NCBI GenBank assembly: GCA_032718475.1
Contig: JAUCBJ010001356.1
Coordinates: 1 to 64,000, forward strand
DNA from: Nemertoderma westbladi
Taxonomy: Eukaryota; Animalia; Xenacoelomorpha
DNA length: 64,000 nucleotides
Reading direction: 5' to 3'
The position numbers were made by a program, and so were the translations under genes. The notes below the pieces were generated by a model. That model saw only the letters and a program-made list of their open reading frames with translations, had not been told where the DNA came from and did not search any database. Shown here piece by piece: positions 59,914 to 64,000 of the stretch. The stretch's first letter is position 1, and the number at the start of each line of letters is the position of its first letter.

Positions 59914-62844
59914 CTGCAAATAAAATAACATAAAGTTATTGCAAGTGTTGGGGATAGCCTAGTTAAATGATACAGTACGAATAATTCTTTAAACCAAGGC
60001 GACGCCCATAACATTCGTAATACACACAATACATAATTCACACTAAATATAACTCACACTACAGTAAGTGAAGACTTCGTATTTAGTATACGAACCAATA
60101 ATCCAGAGTTCACAAAGAAAAATTCACTGACATAACTAATTCACACAAAACATGAGAAAAAATAATATCCTACAGCGAACTTATACGGGAAATTCTCAAC
60201 TCTGAAAGGGCCCATAAAGTGCTTGGGTTTAAAAGAAAGTGCATGTAAGTGGAAAATACACTACTTAACTCAATCACACAATACAATAGACAAGGTATTT
60301 AGTGTAGTCAATTTAGCAAAAAACACATAAGAAATTCGCAATCATTCATTTTTGGATTCAAATTTCCATTTAATGTTAAAAAAAAGTAATAAAAAGTAAA
60401 AAAAAGTAATAAGAAAAGTCTATAAAATACAATTTGCTCATCAAACAGTATCTTCAGCTCAAATTGACAAGAAGTGAAATTAAGTCTCGTTTATTGTTTT
60501 GTTTACAAAACACCGCCACTGTACCCTGCCCCTTTCTGTTAATTTAAATGAAATTAATTATACAAATCCACTAAACACATACAGTAGTTTGTTTTTGCGG
60601 TCATTTGGCGCCATTGACTCTCATGGACATTCCACGGAAATTGGTATAATAAAATGCAAACCAAACAAAAAGCACAGTAGCGAAGTAAATAGTAGCGAAT
60701 TTTTTCTCAAGAATAATTTAATTAATTGTAAAATAATATTGATATTCAATGGGAAATTAATAATTAATTATTTGTTACATTATGATCATTGTGTGAAAAT
60801 GGCACTACAGTACTCTTAGCTCATCCTTTAGTTTAAAATAAATTTACTGGTAACATTGTTAATTGGATTAGCGTGAGACAGGATTTTATTCGTTGATATG
60901 TTGCAGTATTTTGTCACTGAGTATTATTATTGTCATGTAATACCCTGTAATATATGGTAATAATCAGAATATTTTTGGAAGTAATTATTGGATAAAAAAC
61001 AAAAGTTTAAAGTTGATTTACAATAATGCATTCAGGATTCAGAATTATTATACAGTTATACCAATAGCAGGATAAGGATTGCATGATTGAGTCGAGTCAG
61101 TACAGGAGTACAGCTGTACGTACAGCAGTACGTAGGCCTACAGAGCGCGCCCGGTACGCGGTACTTCTGTACTTTGTATGGAGCCTTTACTGCTTTCAGC
61201 TTTGGCTGTTTCCGCTGGCATGTTGAAAGGCAGAAAGGAGTCATAATGTCTTACATGGTTTTGGTTTAGGGTTGTTAGGGCTGCAGCGCTGTAGGGTTAC
61301 TTAGGTACGGTACTTGGTGGCGGGAATTTCCGGTTTGGGCATTGGGGGGCACTGACAGACTGAAACGCTAAAAAACGCATGTGTCTAAAAGTCTGGTGGG
61401 AAAACACTTATAACATTTTTCTCATAGGCTAGCCTAGGCCTATTCATTTCTACATTGTCTAAATGTCTATATATGAAAAGACTCTGATATTTTTCTCAAA
61501 TTTCCCAGTTTAGGGGACCCGTGGGAAAAAAGACGGGAAAAATTTTCTCAAAAATTGTAAAGATTTTAGATAAACGTCTGAACGTGGTTTTCTCAATCAA
61601 TATTTTTATTATACATACCAACATAACACAGTAACAGCATAATCTGAGTAGGCCTATAATAATAGATATACTGGTCTGCCGGTACGAGTATGAAACAATA
61701 CAAAGCATGCTGGCATGCAAATTATGAATTAAGTTCAAAATTTTTTAAGGGAAAGGAGCAGGCTGGCAGGTTACATAGGCCGGCTTTTCTAACAAAAACA
61801 ATAGGCCTAAACGGCTACTTTACCAATTGTGGGAAAGGAGCAGGCAGGCAGGTTGCAGAGGCAATAGACAAAACAATAAACGATCACTTTACCAAACCCC
61901 AAAACAATAAACAGCCACTTTACCAATTGAGGGAAAGGAGCAGGTTACAGATGCGGGATTTTCTAACCAAAACAATATACGATCACTTTACTAATTGAGG
62001 GAAACTATATGGTCAGACAGTCGGTAGAAAAAAGGTTAATGAAAAAAATTGTAAAAAGCCTTTCATAAAATACAAGCAGACAAGCGGTACCGTATATATA
62101 CAAATATATATATAACTTTATAAGCAGATAAGTGTTTTAAGGGACGGTCAGACGGTCCCCAAACAGCAAAAGTAACTAGCAGTAGTTATTACAGACTGCA
62201 GCCAACATGAGCCTGTCAGTGTGTGGTCTGAGACTACATCTAATCAGCTAATGGACTGTACACCTGTACACCAATACTGGTGAACCCTGGAACCGGTAGG
62301 GTTGACTATTCAAATTCCGGACAAAATTTCATTTTTTTTTAATTTGGGACACTTTAAATTGCTTTAATTCTTGATATTATGTTTGAATCTGTACAAGATG
62401 CTATTGTAGTTCATTATAAAACCAAATTGTTACCACTCAGTTCAACTGTTTAGTTGTAACTGGGTGGTTTTCATTTTAAAAATTGACTGTCCGGAATTTG
62501 ACTACCTGGTAAAATACCGGACATGTATATAATTCCGGACAATGCCTTTTATTAGATGTGAGAGTTGATGTGAGGGTTGATATTAGGCCTATTTTAATCA
62601 TTAAATTAAACTTTATTTCCATTAGTTTAGGTATCTGGGTGTATTACATACAGCCATATTTTACTCCTGTACTTAGTTCTGAAGTTATGCAATGCTTTAT
62701 GTTTTGCAACTCACCCCAGATAGGGGGCCCATGTGAAGAATACCATACTTTCTGCCGTTATATTTCACTTTGCAGTTACCCCCATGTGAAGACTGGAAGA
62801 ATACCAGGTTTTCACCAAAAACACAGGTTACATGAGGGCTGAAT

Positions 62845-63153
62845 CTAACCAAAACAATAAACGAATTAGTATATGTACAGGTTATAAGACAGAAATAAGC
62901 GCTATAAAACACTTAATAAAGATAAATGAAAAAAAATAAATAATCTTCATATATAAAATTCCAATAAAAAGTCGACCGAAAAGTGAAATCCTGGTACGGT
63001 ATTCTTCACATGGGCGGGATAGGGGGTGGAGGGACTTTCAACGCAATAATAATGCATCCCTCTCCATGAAATTCGACACAAATAACAGTTCGATTACTCC
63101 CATAAATGAAACTATAACCTGTTCTATTGTGTTCCATTTATTGTTTTGGTTAG
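62845..63153. mobile_element. MITE-like element with short TIRs
   Basis: CTAACCAAAACAATAAA ... TTTATTGTTTTGGTTAG; pieces shared with 4575-4745, ~6950-7080 and ~26870-26930. Confidence 0.6.
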
Positions 63154-64000
63154 AAATACGTGTCACTATATATAATCTGCACATTCGTGTCATTTGACAT
63201 TTCCCTAAATTGAGAATTTAACATTAAAGTGAAATATTCATTCACCAAGATGGGATTTGTGAACAGTTAGCAAAGTTTAACAAATATATTATAATTAATT
63301 ATAATTAACAAAGTTGTTCTAGAGTTACTACAGTGCTATGGTTGTTGGCAGACATTACATGGATTGGAAATATCACCAGACGCATTCCTTATGACGTGGA
63401 TTAGTTGGTCTCGGTTGTAGTCAGTTAGTGGCCAACCACAATCACCAATATACTGTATATCAGAGTCGATTCGATACTACATATTTCTCAATGTTTGGAT
63501 CAATTATCGATGGGGCTCCTCTCCCAAATTGTCTATTTGACGATTTATAGAATTTAACCTGTGTCTTGCGATTATAACCCAGCGCCATCGTAATAAGTAC
63601 CGCCTATAATATATATGATACACCTACCAGCCTACTGGAATATATATTATATATATAGTTCTGTAGTTATGCCTAAAGCGTTCCATGTTCTGCTGGCTTA
63701 TAAAAAGTACTGTTTAGACATATCACAAAAGATAGACAAGTAGGCTTGGCGAGCCTTTAATAATAAGCAAAAAATTTATGCAATAGGCAATCAACAGCTA
63801 GCAACTTTTGAAAATTTGGTGATGCTTGATTCTGTAATCTGTCTAGTGTCTATACAGTCCTGCAAAGCGGAGGCGGCTCCACCCAAGAGTCAAGCTAGGG
63901 GAGATTAATGGAACACCTCCAATGTTGTATAGAGTCTGATTAGATATGTGTTTGTGTTCATGTATACTTGATACAATGAACCCGGCGCAGCATTCTTGTG

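Noticed and set aside
61690-61998. 102-aa ORF with internal repeats
   Set aside because: Built from short degenerate repeats with no recognisable domain.

Overview
AT-rich animal (invertebrate-like) genomic DNA. The backbone is the central/C-terminal part of a minus-strand ryanodine receptor gene: 27 phase-compatible GT-AG exons traced by hand from 59913 down to 459, with the gene running off both ends. Its introns hold (i) a full-length but decayed 21.8-kb Maverick/Polinton at 28620-50399 (AGTAGT termini, 6-bp TSD GTTAGG) encoding integrase, packaging ATPase, two minor capsids, major capsid, protease, pPolB and an apparent TBP-like protein; (ii) nested genes: an intronless same-strand ERAL1/Era GTPase and an antisense TM-mucin ORF followed by a fibrinogen-domain remnant; (iii) CRE-, RTE- and BEL/Pao-type retroelement fragments, MITEs, tRNA-derived SINE-like heads and hammerhead ribozymes. 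The most striking unexplained pattern is that 7 of the 8 intronic minisatellite arrays (30-43-bp units, about 5 to 150 copies) are tandem amplifications of an RyR exon/intron junction, so nearly every unit carries a copy of the real donor or acceptor site. A self-nested ACA-flanked element in the Maverick protease gene also creates a frame-restoring GT-AG intron (Introner-like). All calls are by eye; no database searches were run.
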